NCBI GenBank assembly: GCA_951406725.2
Contig: OX597819.1
Span: 106,330,001-106,394,000, forward strand
DNA: 64,000 nucleotides
Source: Octopus vulgaris
Lineage: Eukaryota
Direction: 5' to 3'
In this document: positions 12,050 to 26,149 of the stretch, one piece after another
Position numbering within the stretch: the stretch's first letter is position 1
Layout of the letters: the number at the start of each line of letters is the position of its first letter
Made by a program: the position numbers and the translations under genes
Notes under the pieces: generated by a model
Seen by the model: only the letters and a program-made list of their open reading frames with translations
Database searches by the model: none
What the model was told of the DNA's origin: nothing

Positions 12050-12350
12050 AATTACCATGGGATTACACCTAGAAAGTTCCCCACCGATGCACATATCCGG
12101 GCAAGGTTGTTTATGGAAGACCAGCAGTTGCCCATCCATATCAGCCTCCCCTTCCACGCCACCAATCTTATCGAAGGGAAAGGCAAAGGCTGATACAACT
12201 TGGCACCTGTGACGTCGCAACTCATTTCTGTATATGAGTGAAATAGAACAACGTGAAATAAAGTGAAATAAAGTTTCTTGTTCAAGAACACAACACAGCC
12301 GGAACTCACCACCTCATGATTGAAAGCCCGGGATTCTAACAACGAACCAT
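12050..12350 (-). mobile_element. tRNA-derived SINE, CORE-like centre with a different tail (type 2)
   Basis: Minus strand GTTGTGTTCTTGAACAAGAAACTTTATTTCAC..GTTGTTC.. as in the other family members, followed by an unrelated 3' part. Confidence 0.65.
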
Positions 12351-12369
12351 TTGGTTCTGTATATTAACC

Positions 12370-12565
12370 TTTCTTACTTAGGCACAATACCAGTAATTTT
12401 GAGCGATGGAGAAGTCTATTGTCAGTGCTCAACTGGTCTTTATTTCATTATCACCGAAAGGATAAAATGTTAAGTCGACCTCCGCTTAATTTCAACGTAA
12501 AAACGGACGAAATATAGTTATTGATTTTGGTAATGTTAAAGATTCTCTCAACTCGCTGCCTTTGT
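12370..12565 (-). mobile_element. Decayed SINE of the 'CCGAAAGGATGAAAGGCAAAGTCGACC' family
   Basis: CAGTGCTCAACTGGT..CCGAAAGGATAAAATG..AAGTCGACCTC..ACGAAATA matches the units at 18676-19274. Confidence 0.6.
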
Positions 12566-13499
12566 GATCCTATAGGTAATAAATGGGGGATTGATAACAA
12601 GTGAACTCTCTTTGAACTTACGTCTCTTGGATCAGGAATGTCGTATGACGAAACAGACACGAAGAAAGTAAGCCTTAAACAATCTTAAACAACGGTTCTT
12701 AAACTGTTATCCTTTTATTCCTTTGTCGGTTATTAGTTTTGGCCCAATGGCTGAGTGCACGCTAGAGAACTTTTCATTCTGTTGCTCTCAGTTGCGTTAC
12801 CTGTCGTGATGTTGGTACGTCTGGAATCACATGTGGTAACTTATCCTGGCGTACAATGAATATATCTACATCCATTCAACCTAGATTTTCCAGTCTCTCT
12901 GGCTACTGAATTCAGTGCTTCTGATTTTCGAAGACGTGGTGGATTTTGGAGTCTATGCAATGACAGCCAGAACAACTACCCAGAATAGATCATGATTTTA
13001 ATTGTGTTTCATAGGCTTTATCATTACAGATAAAAATTTAGAAACAAAATTAAGTAGTAATTTAATATCTAATTAAGGAAGAACAGTTTATTTATTAACA
13101 GAAGAATAATGAATGCTTTCGTCAAGTTTTCACCTTCAGTCTACCAAATATCGAAACTGAATTTTATTGTTCGAAACTAAATTTGCTGCTAATTAGCTTT
13201 ACAATTATAACAATTATTTATTTTTCGATGCCGTATACTTTTTAAAAATATATATTGATAAACTTTTTGAAACATCATCCTATTACTTTTCAATAAATAA
13301 GATTTACTTGTTGCAAGAAAATTTTGTTTACTTACGCGAAGAAGTTTAGTTAATTACATAAATATATGATACGAAGATTTAACAAAATTAATTATAAAAT
13401 GGCACTTTCATCACTAATGCTTCCGTCTCTATACAACTCTGATTTTTTCGACTTCCGGCAATGTTCCAAATTTCTTTACCTACGTTTCATGAAAGTATT

Positions 13500-14800
13500 T
13501 GCATATTAATGTAAATTCGTGAGAACTTTGATTCAGGCTACAGTACAAAGTTAACTTCCATCTTCGAAAAGCTTTATCTTAAATCATCTTCTGGCTATGA
13601 TGTATTTCTTAAAGTGTATTTTATATTTGGTAAAGTTAAAAACCTCGATTCATACAAATATATGGTGGCAAAAGGAAGAAAATTCTCCATTGATTTATTG
13701 CCAACAACCGGTTTTCTTTCTCAACAGTCAATCAGAAATCACTGATAGATTAGATATTTCTATATTTGTATTTTGGACTTCTGTAAACTTTTCTTGAAAT
13801 TTATTAATGTTGACAAAAAAATCATCATACAAATCGATAATGGCAGTACTAAATAGAATTCACACCAAATAGTATTTCTCAGCATCTTCTGTCCGAATGT
13901 AATGATTAAATTCTGTTATCAATTTTGCTTGATGGCTCATGATGATATTCTGTATGTCATTAAAATTATTTCGGTAATCTTCTTCCAGTTGATTGAATGC
14001 TGGAAAAGATGCAGTTTTTCCTTACTCTACTTTCGTTTTCCACTATTTAAGCTATCCTTTAAACGCATTTATTTTCTCTATTAAACCAATGATTGTTTGA
14101 TCACAGCGTTGTAGAGTGATATTTAACTCATTCAATTCAGACGAAATATCGAAACGATAAGGTAATTGAAGCATCCACTTAGAATCTGAAAATCTCGAAA
14201 CTAACGATTGATTTTTATTTATTTTTTTTTAGATAAAAGTATTTCTACTTCACTTCGTTGTGACATAATTCGTTGCAGAACTATTCTGCCAGAAAATTAT
14301 TTGATATCCGAGTAAAATGGTAAATGTTCATATTCAGATCCGATTGATGAACGAAAAATCACTGAAGTGAAGAATCTATTAAGGAATTTTGGCTCTACAT
14401 AAACTTAGAGATAGAAACGTTATCATTCACCATTAAGCCCAAATTCGGTTATATAATCATTGGAGCAAAAGTTTCTATATATAAAAACAACGTGGAAACA
14501 TTTTTGATATGAAGATTAATCTCTTTTATTTATCGATGTCAACGTTGAAGCATAAGTGGAAATAACTCGGGCAAACTAAATACGATCATGTATTTTTGTT
14601 GACACACCGATTTGTGTTCCCTATGTAACACAGTTGCTATGACGCTGAATTAAACTTTCAATGAGAACGTAACACATTTTCTTTTAATGATTTTGTTTTG
14701 GCAGATATTGTTAAGATACAGCATCGGTTATTAGATAGACGTAAAGCAATGTGTCAATTTACGCAAACTTCCAAATTTATGTATCAAGGCAATTAGCTGT
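13500..14800 (-). pseudogene. Fossil hAT transposase, Charlie/Buster (ZBED5/SCAND3-like) type
   Basis: Minus-strand translation GSEYEHLPFYSDIK*FSGRIVLQRIMSQRSEVEILL..SRFSDSKWMLQLPYRFDISSELNELNITLQ..INAFKG*LK*WK..FLPFATIYLYESRFLTLPNIK..PEDDLR..QSSH; many stops. Confidence 0.85.
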
Positions 14801-15725
14801 TAATAACTGCGTGATCAATACGATTATATGGAGTACTGGTACATTACATTAAATGTAAAATCAGAAAAGATTTTCTAGTTGTCCTTCATATGTAAAGGTT
14901 ATAATCTCGAGCTGCCAATCAAAATATATCTCGGTACAAATATAAGTTTAAGTCAAGGAGAAACCTCACAAATTCATATTAGTACTATTCTAAATCTATT
15001 AATTCCAAAAGTAAGCAAAAGCGCTAGAAGCGAAGAAAACGAGTTTTGCAAACAATTATATGCACGTTATACTTTGAACCCTATACATTGAGTTTGTGGA
15101 TCTCTAAATCTACTGAATCATTCTGATACCAAAATAGCGACACCGTTGTGTCTTTTCGCTACATATACGAAGAAAAATAAAATGAATTTGCTTCCCTGTG
15201 GAAATTCGTTATTATATAGAATAAATCGAAATACATGCAAATAGAAAAGAAACTTCTTCACTAAATTTTGCAGTTCCGCGATTAGAGCGGTATGGTATAG
15301 CGTCGGCTTTTAAAATTCGTAATAAATGGAGTGTTCGTTATCTGAAATTTCCAAATTCATGTGTCATGGCTATAAGCTATTAGCAAGGACGTTAGCAATA
15401 AAAAATTTATGAGGTATTTCTACAATACATAAACAAATGGCACAACTAGATAGAGGATTTCATGCGCTACTTATAGATAGATAAAGGTATAGTCTCAAGA
15501 CGAACATCAAATTACATTAATGCAAATATCATTTTATGTATGCGAGAAAGTACCCAGCAGTGAAAATATTGCTGTTACAAAACGATGTACAAGTCACACA
15601 CACAGAAAACGGATAATATTCTCACACAATAACGAATGCACATCATACATATGTATGTATATATGCATAAATATCTTTCTTTCTCTAACTCTCTCTCTCT
15701 CTGTCTCTCTGTATGTATGTATATA

Positions 15726-15793
<68 letters not shown>

Positions 15794-16146
15794 GTTATAT
15801 GTATGTGTGCATGTGCGTATGTATATGTATATATATATGTATATATCTATCTAACACACGTTCACGCCCGCGCAGGCACACATAGGCACACACAAGCACA
15901 CATATTGATTAAGCAAAACATACACGAAGACAGAGGGAGACATGATGGGATTATTTACAATTTTACAATATTCATGTCTTTCTAATCTTCAACGAGGAGG
16001 TCACTGTTCGGAATTTAAAACAGTTAATGTGTTCTTAGAAAATAGTCAAAACCCGAATGTATATTTAATGTCTTAATAGCCAACGTATACGCCGTAGTAA
16101 TTTCACTGCCTATATATCTACCTAAATGGATATATGTATATATAAA

Positions 16147-16290
16147 TGGCTGTGTGGTAAGAAGCTTGCATCCCAAACACATGGTTCCGGATTCAGTGAC
16201 ACACTGGGGAAATATCACCTACTATACCTTCGGGATGACCAAAGCCTTGTGAGTGGATTTGGTAGAAGGAAAGAGAACGAAGCTCACAGT
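16147..16290 (+). mobile_element. Partial SINE, family C (internal-microsatellite SINE)
   Basis: GGCTGTGTGGTAAGAAGCTT head..ACCAAAGCCTTGTGAGTGGATTTGGTAGA; matches 53674-54070. Confidence 0.75.
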
Positions 16291-16297
16291 AAATATA

Positions 16298-16353
<56 letters not shown>

Positions 16354-17266
16354 TACACATCTACATTCTTGCATACATACATATGTTATATATGTATATA
16401 CATATATACATGCATATATGTGTGTGTGTGTATTATTGCGATGTTAGCGTATCTGTGTGCGCATGTTTTCGTGCAAATATATATAAATATATATTTATAT
16501 CTATAAACACGCGTGCATAATACATAAATGCATACTCACATTGACTTATGCGCACGCACACGCACACTCACTCGCACGCGCGCGCACGCCCAAACACACA
16601 TGCACGTACACACAAAGTAAGACACATATAATACTGACGTTGATTATTCTTTCTCATTTTTCTTTTCTTTCACGATTGCATTAATAATTCGGAAGAACAA
16701 AAAAAAATCTAGGTTTATCTTACACACTTGAGAATTTTGCTAAGTGAACATGTACCCGAGGGTACATGTGTTCTGAGTAATGACAGCGTATTCACATTAA
16801 TTTCATGTGAAGGATTTCAGCTGGTGGAACAATCTGAATGCTTATAGTCAAGAACCGAAGGAGAATTCATACAGGCACACACAAGCGTAGAAACTTTTAT
16901 TGCAATATTGGTTCTGATTCTCTGGTCCCCCGAGTATTATTTATGTCGTGGTTAATTTTGCATTCCGTCCTTTCGGAGACGTTAAAAACTACAAAACTAG
17001 TGTGGGCGATATTTTGGACTAAGTGTATGAATATAGCACCGAATAGCTTACAGTATTTGTACAGGCTGTTGACATCCAGAGTTCAAATAATGGCATATGC
17101 GTAGATTTAATCCGTCACAGGTATAAACATTTCCATCTGGCAACCTAGATGCCTGTAGTAGTGTCCACTCTATGGTTAACATTCAGACCAGGTCTCCCTA
17201 CCTTTAATAATCAATACTTCCTCTCTTTGCCACCAGTCTCAGAGACTCTACCAAAAATATTTACCT

Positions 17267-17532
<266 letters not shown>

Positions 17533-17539
17533 GTCCGTA

Positions 17540-17570
<31 letters not shown>

Positions 17571-17787
17571 GTATCTATCTATATACCAGTACACATATTA
17601 TATATATTGTCAACCCGTAGATAACGCGGTGTTTTCAATTGCATAAACTAAAAGTCGGAGGGGGACGGGATAAACCACCCGCATCAACTTGCTATAAAAG
17701 CAGCTATTAATTTTACCTTGCAATTACTCTTAGTGCAAGTTTTGAAGGGTGCAGTTCGATTTTAACAGTTACTTTTTCAAAGCTATA

Positions 17788-19425
17788 ATGGAAGTAACAA
17801 AGGGGCATATTAGGCTTGTTTTGGTTTATGAGTTCAATAAAGGCATCATCGCAACGGAAAGTGTGTGGAATATTAATGCAGTATATGGGGATCAGACAAT
17901 TAATGTAAGTCAGTGTCATCGGTGGTTCCAGAAATTTTCAGCCGGAAACTACAGTGTAAAAGACGAGCCTCGTCCTGGAAGATTTGTAGAGCACGACGAG
18001 GACGTCCTGCAAATCCTGATGGAACAAAATCCTATCGTAATTGTTGAGGAACTAGCAGAAAATCTTGGATTTCATCATTCAACTATTCACCAACACTTGC
18101 GTACCATTGGAAAAGTCAGCAAATTGGGTCAATGGGTTCCTCAAAAACTTTCCGATTCTAATCGCGCTCAGAGATTGAACGTGTGCTCATTTTGCTGTCA
18201 TGTTTCACGAATGAACCTTTTATGGACCGAATAGTGAGTGACGGGTGACGAGAAATGGGTTCGCCATAAAAATGTTATGCGCTGACGATAGTGGTCAGAG
18301 AAAGGAGAAACACCGGTACCCCAGGCGAAAGAAGGTCTTCGCCCACCTAAGGTGTTGTTTTCTGTTTGGAGGCATATGAAAGAATTAGTCGACTTTGAAC
18401 GTTGAAACCCAAACGAAATAGTAGCAAAGGGAAGCTACTGTGAGCAGCTTGATCGGCTTAGGCTAGAAGAAATACGACTATCTTCATTTTCAAGATGAAA
18501 GTAGTTCTTCCATCAGGATAATGTTCGGCCAGATACAGCAAGGATGACATTCCAAAGGCTGGAGCAGATTGAATGGGAAACGATGCCGCACCCAACGTAT
18601 TCGCCGGACATTTCCCCATCTGATTATCATTTAATACTCAGTCTTCAAAATCATTTAGACGGAAAATTTATGAATCCTTATTCCTTTATTGTCCACAAAG
18701 GGCTAAATATAGAGGGGACAAGCAAGGACAGACGAAGGGACTAAGTCGATTACATCGATCCCAGTGCATAAATGGTACTAAATTTATCGACCTCGAATAG
18801 ATGAAAGGCAAAGTCGACCCCGGCGGAATTTGAACTCAGAACGTAACGGCAGACGAAATACCCATTTCTTTACTCCCCTAAGGAGTTAAACACAGAGAGG
18901 ACAAACAAGGACAGACAAACGGATTAAGTCGATTATATCGACTCCACTGCGTAACTGGTACTTATTTATTCGACCTCGAAAGGATGAAAGGCAAAGTCGA
19001 CCTCGGCGGAATTTGAACTCAGAACGTAGTAGCAGACGAAATACCTATTTCTTTACTACCCACAAGGGACTAAACACAGAGGGAACAAACAAGGACAGAC
19101 AAACAGACTAAGTCGATTACATCGACCCCAGTGCGTAACTGGTACTTAATTTATCGACCCCGAAAGGATGAAAGGCAAAGTCGACCTCGGTGGAATTTGA
19201 ACTCAGAACGTAACAGCAGACGAAATATCGCTAAGCATTTTTCTGACGTGCTAACGTTTTCGACAGCTCGTCGCAAAATTTATGAATTCTGTAGACGAGG
19301 TCAGAACAATACTGGAAGATTATTTTTCGTCACGGACAGGTGGATTTTAGAAAGGGAACCTTGCAAGTCAGGCAGATAGATGGAAGAGCATTGTAGAAAA
19401 TGAGGGAGAGTATATTTTCGATTAA
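17788..19425 (+). pseudogene. Mariner transposase pseudogene
   Basis: MEVTKGHIR..RWFQKF..WVPQKL..VTGDEKW..HQDN..YSPDISPSDYHL..[SINE]..RWKSIVENEGEYIFD*; frameshifts and stops. Confidence 0.9.
18676..19274 (-). mobile_element. Head-to-tail SINE trimer (one full tRNA head plus two headless units) with 13-bp TSD
   Basis: Three ~185 bp units; AAAATTTATGAAT at 18663-18675 and 19275-19287; B box GAGTTCAAATTCC on the minus strand. Confidence 0.92.
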
Positions 19426-20939
19426 AAAAGAACTTTTTTTATCTTAATTTTGAAAAATAAAACAAGTGTAATATAACCGCATTATTTATAGAATGGCCCA
19501 ATATACATGCGTGTGTGTGTATTTGGTTTTATGGATGTGTATACGGTTGTATGCATATATATATGTATGTGTGTGTGCGTGTGAGCATGTGTGTGTGAGC
19601 GTCTGTGAGAGTGTGTGCATGTGTGTGTGAGAGCGTGTGTGTATGTATGTGTGTGTTTAATTGCGACGTAAGTAGTATTGGTACCTAATAGCATTCTGTA
19701 TATCTTACTTAATGTGGATGCACTGTAAGAAAGATACAACAGTGTGATATTTATGTAGAGAAAGCGTCTCGTATAGAGATATAATGCGAACAGATCGAGA
19801 TATATCAGTATCAAACTAAAAGCAATTCAGGCATCATATATTTTTTCGTTGGTGCAAATATTGGTTCTGCTTCGCTTTTTAATTAATTTTGGTAACTTTA
19901 CTTCATGACTTCGAAATACTTTTCCGGCATTTGGGTACTGATTTGGAAGATATAACTACCTATCAAGGCTTGGTTTGCGCATGTGATTGGTTGTGCCCGA
20001 GCACGTCCCATATTGTCACTCTTGTTTTTATAGTTCCTCCAATGATTTATTCTATTCTCATTATTGTTACCCGATTGGTATTATTGTCATTTCTCAATTG
20101 TTTAATTTACTATTTTATTCTATTTTCCTAACACGTTATCTCTGATAGATTCTTCTGGAGACTTTCCTTGATCTCTATGCATTAATCTCGATGCAATTTG
20201 TCTGTACATTAATTGGCTACGTCTCTCTTGATCGACTCTGGTTTTTCATTCCTTTTGTTTCGTAGTAGTTGAAATATAGACGTTCGTGTGAAGATCAGGA
20301 AAATATTTAAAAGTCCACCAATCTTAACTACCCATCTATCCTACTCTCATAACCACGATACACAATAAAATATAATCTATTACATCGGCTATTACACAAT
20401 ACAATATAATCTATTACATTGTCTACATCAAAGATGTGACGAGTCAGTTTTACATTTGGCATCGGGCAATGAATTCTCGCTGCTCGTCTCTGAGACTGGG
20501 TAGACTGTTGCAGATAAATTATTCCCTTCAACTTTTCTTCTATTATTTCATCATTTGTTCTATTCAATATATTTTGTCCCCCGCCACTCTTCTGGCTCGA
20601 CGATTCTAATTTCGACATCAATATTTCTCTGATAGAGTAATGTCACTATTTACAATTTCTGCTTGTCCCATTAAACTTCCAGCCACTTCTGTGTTGTACT
20701 CTTTGTATTCCTACTTTAGACGTCCGTATGTTGTTGAACTTACCAGTCTAGCAACTTATCAAATATTGACTTACATATGGTTGCCTGATGATTTTTTTTT
20801 GGGGGGGGGAGGGGATATGCTATTGTAATATATTGTATGCACCGTCCAGCATGCACCTGAGTCTCTTGGTGAGATTCAAATTCGGAGACCCATATCTGTC
20901 TCTTCAATTTATCTGGCAGAGTTAACTTCCATATTGTTC

Positions 20940-21283
20940 TGCACCAGAATGTTACGTGCAGTACTCAACATCTCTTGGAGAGATTACCCAACAAAACAAC
21001 CGTTATGTGGGAACGTACCAACCTTCTCATCAGCTATCCAAGAGCGGTGATTGGGGTTTGCTGGCCACTACTGGAGAAGTAAAGAAGAACTTGTGAGTAA
21101 GGTATTGCTTCGGGCACCAAATCAGAGTAACACAGCGGTTGGAAGAGCAACGACGACGTATATACAACAAATTGCAGAAGATGTTGGATGACAAGTTGAA
21201 GACCTAAAATCACAAAAGGAAGAGTGGGAGGGATTTAGAGAGGTAGTTAGGCTGGCCTGGGCAATCAGCCTGAGTGGATGATG
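20940..21283 (+). mobile_element. RTE-clade LINE 3' end remnant
   Basis: CTRMLRAVLNISWRDYPTK..LGFAGHYWRSKEELVSKVLL..GRATTTYIQQIAEDVG. Confidence 0.8.
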
Positions 21284-21627
21284 CCTCGATTAAAAAACAA
21301 CAGACTATTGTATAATCTCATGGATGTTGCACCTCTTACATAACTCAATGTGCGATGTTGCATCACAATGCAATTTTTCAATAAAGGTTGCTGCGAGATC
21401 ATATAATCCATTCGTCTGTTTCCTTTTTTTTTTAATTACGCCACGCGGAATGCTCCTTTCCGTCCTGAATACTCTTGGAATTGCGGATTATCTAACACCA
21501 GGGAATTTACTTTCATTGATGGACATTTCATTAAGGAAATTAATGTTTATCGGTTGATTTATCTCATACTCTCTAGCCATCATCCGCGCTATGCTTCCTT
21601 TTAACATGGTTCGATCTTTAATTACCA

Positions 21628-22200
21628 TACCTACCTATCTACCATACCTACCTACCTACCTACCTACCTACCTACCTACCTACCTACCTACCTACCTACC
21701 TACCTACCTACCTACCTACCTACCTACCTACCTACCTACCTACCTATCTACCTACCTACCTTTCTACCTACCTACCTACCTACCTTACTACCCACCTATC
21801 TACCTACCCACCTACCTACCTACCTTAATTCTTTATTGCCCGCAAGGGGCTAAACATAGCGGGGACAAACAAGGACAGACAAACGGATTACGTCGATTAC
21901 ATCGACATCAGTGCGTAACTGGTACTTAATTTATCGACCCCGAAAGGATGAAAGGCAAAGTTGACCTCGGCGGAATTTTAACTCAGAACGTAACGGCAGA
22001 CGAAATACCACTGAGCACTTCGCTCGGCGTGCTAATGTTTCTGCCAGCTCGTTGCATTGAGCTACCTACCTACCTACCTACCTACCTACCTACCTACCGA
22101 CCTACCTACCTACCTACCTACCTACCTACCTACCTACCTACCTACCTACCTACATACATACATACATATATACATACATGCATACCTACCTACCTACCTT
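21628..22200. repeat. (TACC)n microsatellite split by a SINE
   Basis: Directly visible. Confidence 0.95.
21826..22055 (-). mobile_element. Monomeric SINE, same family as 18676-19274
   Basis: Near-identical GGGGACAAACAAGGACAGAC..CCCCGAAAGGATGAAAGGCAAAG..CTGCCAGCTCG. Confidence 0.9.
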
Positions 22201-23811
22201 TCTCATCCTCTATCTATCTATCTATCTCTATCGATACCTGTACGTATCAGTATATGTTTACCTGCGTGAGCACGCACATTTGTGTGCATAAAGCGTTACA
22301 AAATCCCATGCCGTTATTGATCTGTTACTCTCACTGTGACTATACTCATCGCATATGAATTTTCTCAACAAAAATTAGCCCTGAGACAAATCTGCCTTCA
22401 CCACATCAAAACTCTATCATCAATTCCAGTTCATAAACAAAATATCTATTCCTGTAAATCTTGTAACATCCATCCTTCCTAAGCGAGATGAATATAACCA
22501 ATCAAAAGATATTCACCAAATAAATATGGAATTGATTACTATTACAAACAATAACTATTCTGTATAGTTTGGAGAGGCAAACATTTCACTCTATAGTAAT
22601 GCTATGAGTGCTCTGTTTGAATAAAAACTTTTATCAATTACACCAAATAGCTTTTCTCCTGATTGTCTTTACTAACCAGCTGTGTATAAACACATGTACA
22701 CACGCATATATCAGATATCATATATGTACAGTATAGTATAGTGCACATATGTGTGTTTATATATGTGTCTATGCGTGTGTCTGTACACTTGCATATGTAT
22801 ATGTTAGTGTGTGTGTGTGTGTGTGTGTATGACATACATATGTATGTATATGTATAATACTGGAATGTAGATCATTCATAGATACCTTCTTTTTGTAGGC
22901 AGTATGGTGTGATTTGCGGTATTATGCGTTTGAATCTATTTCTTTCTCGCCGGATTTGATTTTATGTTTACAGTGTACGGTTCAGTAAATAAAATATATT
23001 CGATATGAAACATGACCTATCGATTTATCAATAAGCATTCCAAGTAAATTTTCCTGTCCATATTAAGAAAACCCCATCGGAGAAAATGTACAGCGATTGA
23101 AGAAAATTTTGTTTTCTGTTTCGTCTCGTATTTTATTGTTGAATGTGTAGCGAACTTGACCTTCTTGTAAAAGCTTCGATATTGCTGAAAGAAAAGGAGA
23201 AACCAGAAAATGACAACAACAAAGACTGACAGATACATTTCCCGAAAGGTTTTTATAAATAGTAAAATAACACCATAAGATCTCTTGTGGACTCATGCAT
23301 ATTACATGTTTCTCTAAATCATAAAAAAAAAGAATAGTAAACAAAATGAAAGCGATATAATTGACATAAGCGTCGTTTCACAAACATCTGTGTAAACGTT
23401 ATTCTTTAGGGAATTATCGTAGAAGATACAACAGATATAAAGATGGATTATATTTATCTAATAAAACATTGTCGTTTGAAATGAATCAAATGTCAAAACA
23501 ACAATCAAACGGCTTTCAAAAGCTCTCAAGTGATGTGAAGGAAAGAATAAAAAATTGTGTTAATACTTTCGTGATGATTCCATTGATTGGTACAAAATAT
23601 AGAGCGCTACAACAGAAAACGTTGGTTCCTGCAGTTCATAGCCCCACCTCATATAAACATACATTCACACATACATACATATATTGCGTATATATTTGTG
23701 CATATGTGTTTCAAATGATGCACACTGATCTATTTATGTCAATTGTTCAAAGAACAAGAAGTCACTGTTTTAAAGACGTTCTCTCACACACATACGCACA
23801 AAAATACTTAT

Positions 23812-23955
23812 AGGTGCAGACATGATGGACTGGGTAAAAAGTCCGACTTCCAGCCACGCAGATTCCGGTCCTGTCCCATCTACTATAGCCTCAGGTCACC
23901 AAAGACTTGTGTATGAGTTTCATAGATAGAAACTCTAAGAAACTCATCGTGTATG
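23812..23955 (+). mobile_element. Decayed family C SINE
   Basis: CTACTATAGCCTCAGGTCACCAAAGACTTGTG..GAAACT followed by a (CA)n(TA)n tract, as in 53674-54070. Confidence 0.6.
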
Positions 23956-24001
23956 CATGTATGTATCTACACACACACACACACACACACACATACACAC
24001 A

Positions 24002-24113
<112 letters not shown>

Positions 24114-24467
24114 CATACATACACACAAATGTATATATGCACACATACACATTTATATATATTGTTATATTTCAGGTCAATTTGTATTTTATTTTAACAA
24201 ATAAACACACGCACTATGCGTTCTTTACTCGTTTATTACTGTTGTCATTTATTTGTCTGGAAATCTTTCGTCACACATCTGCAGTGACCTTTTCCGTCAA
24301 CACGTAGATGGAAAGGGTCGCTGAAGAGTTGACAAAAAACGAAGCAAATTGACAATCCTGAAATATAACATTATGTGTTTCAAAACACGGTTTCACATCA
24401 GGAATCTTACAACACAAACTCATAAAAGTATATAATATATACATGTATATTCGTGTGTGTGTATGTG

Positions 24468-24505
<38 letters not shown>

Positions 24506-24949
24506 TTTCTATTCTGTATGTATGCAGGTTTATATTCTTGGGGATAACAGGTCAAAAGACTTATAATAAAGAATTCGAACGTGTCAGAGTGTCTGAACAT
24601 TCTTAATGTATAACTATGAAACCGGGAATATATTTCATAGGAATAAGAGTTATATGTGTGTACACACACATACACACACACACACCACCATACCACACAC
24701 ATACACACATTCATGTTTATGTATATAATAATACGTGCTTGAAAGCGTTAAGAACTGAAAGTGCTTGCACATCTATAAAAGCAAAGCCCACTCACATTTT
24801 GTGACATCGCTTCCCAAAAATTAGTGTCTTTCGGCATTCACAAAAGGTTCTTTTCTCAATCTTAACTCTTTCATTAAAAAAAATCATCTCTCACTTATGA
24901 TAACTCTTTCAAGGACTTTTCAAAATACTCTCTCTCTCTCTATGTATAC

Positions 24950-25032
<83 letters not shown>

Positions 25033-25109
25033 TGTATGTATGTATGTATGTATTATTGGTGTGTGTGAATGTAAATATGTATATGTGTAAACCTTTATAT
25101 TTACATATA

Positions 25110-26135
25110 TAGGGTGAGTAAGGTATTTGAGGATATACCTATTTTGGAGTCATTGCGGCCTTGTTTGTTTCAGAATATAATAATGGCAGACACTCAGCTT
25201 ACTCAAGAAATAAAAAGGCATGCTGTTATTGTGGATATAAAGCCTGTTTTAAAAGTTGCCAGATCTTTCGCCTACAAAGTTTGTTAAGAGCTAGAGACTG
25301 GAGATGGAAATATATCATCAGTATCAAAGCATAAAATGCATTGTACACGGTCTGAAATCACCAGAACAGCGGAATGTATCCAGCAAATTCAACAGACCAT
25401 TGATTACATCCAAGAAAGTCCATAAGGTCAATTGCAAAAGATCCCCATGCGTCAGAAGGAACAGTAAAAAATCAGATATAAGATATGATGAGGAAAGATC
25501 AATTTTCCAGAAAAAGGAAAATAAAATCACTACGTCAGATCTAAAATGCTTTCAAACAAACTGAAAAATCCACAGCAGATTTGGTTTGGTGTTTCTCAAA
25601 CGAGTATGACTTCGACCAAGACCAAAACGTTAACAGAAGAAATGACAGATGGTCATGTGCAGACCCTTCTGAAGTTCCTGCAACTGTCATGTTTTTAGGG
25701 GTTTTCAGCAATGAAGGACATGTGATGCCTCCTTACTTTTCTACAAGGACTTAGAATTAAATCTGCCGCCTAAACTGAGGCTCTGGAAATAAGTGTTAAG
25801 TTCTGGATAGACAGTGTATGCAATGGGTGGCCATATGTGTTTCAGTAAGACTGCACTATCACACATGGCTCCAGTAACTCAAGAATGGATGACTGAAAAT
25901 TTTCATGATTACATACATTTGGCCTCTTACTTCTCGAGATCTCACTCCATTGGACTATTACACGTGGAGCGTTATTGAGAGTGACGTCAATGAACACACC
26001 CATAACACCAAAGATTCTTCGAAAGCTGCCATAGTCAGAATAAAGTTAACCGAGACCACTTGATTCGAGCATGTAGATGATTTACATCTCATCTTGAAGC
26101 AGTTGTTGAAGCTGAAGATGGTTTATTGAATAAGA
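25110..26135 (+). mobile_element. Decayed maT/DD37D-like (Tc1/mariner superfamily) transposon
   Basis: TAGGGTG terminus; ATG at 25183 MADTQLTQEIKRHAVIV..FSNEYDFDQDQNVNRRNDRW..VFSNEGHVMPP..PYVFQ*D..WPLTSRDLTPLDYY..AVVEAEDG. Confidence 0.8.
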
Positions 26136-26149
26136 TTATAGAGTAAAAA

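Larger units (their letters stand above)
17605..19503 (+). mobile_element. Full-length decayed mariner (DD34D) transposon interrupted by a SINE trimer
   Basis: Degenerate TIRs TATTG..TCAACCCGTAGATAACGCGGT / ACCGCATTATTTATAGAATGGCCCAATA, in TA context. Confidence 0.88.

Noticed and set aside
13100-13440. Possible second hAT C-terminus (..SIFGRL)
   Set aside because: Requires several frameshifts, and the Charlie-type ORF already ends near 13515.
19850-20760. Possible L1/Tx1-type LINE relic on the minus strand (GWKFN, GKSP)
   Set aside because: Only isolated short motifs; needs BLASTx.
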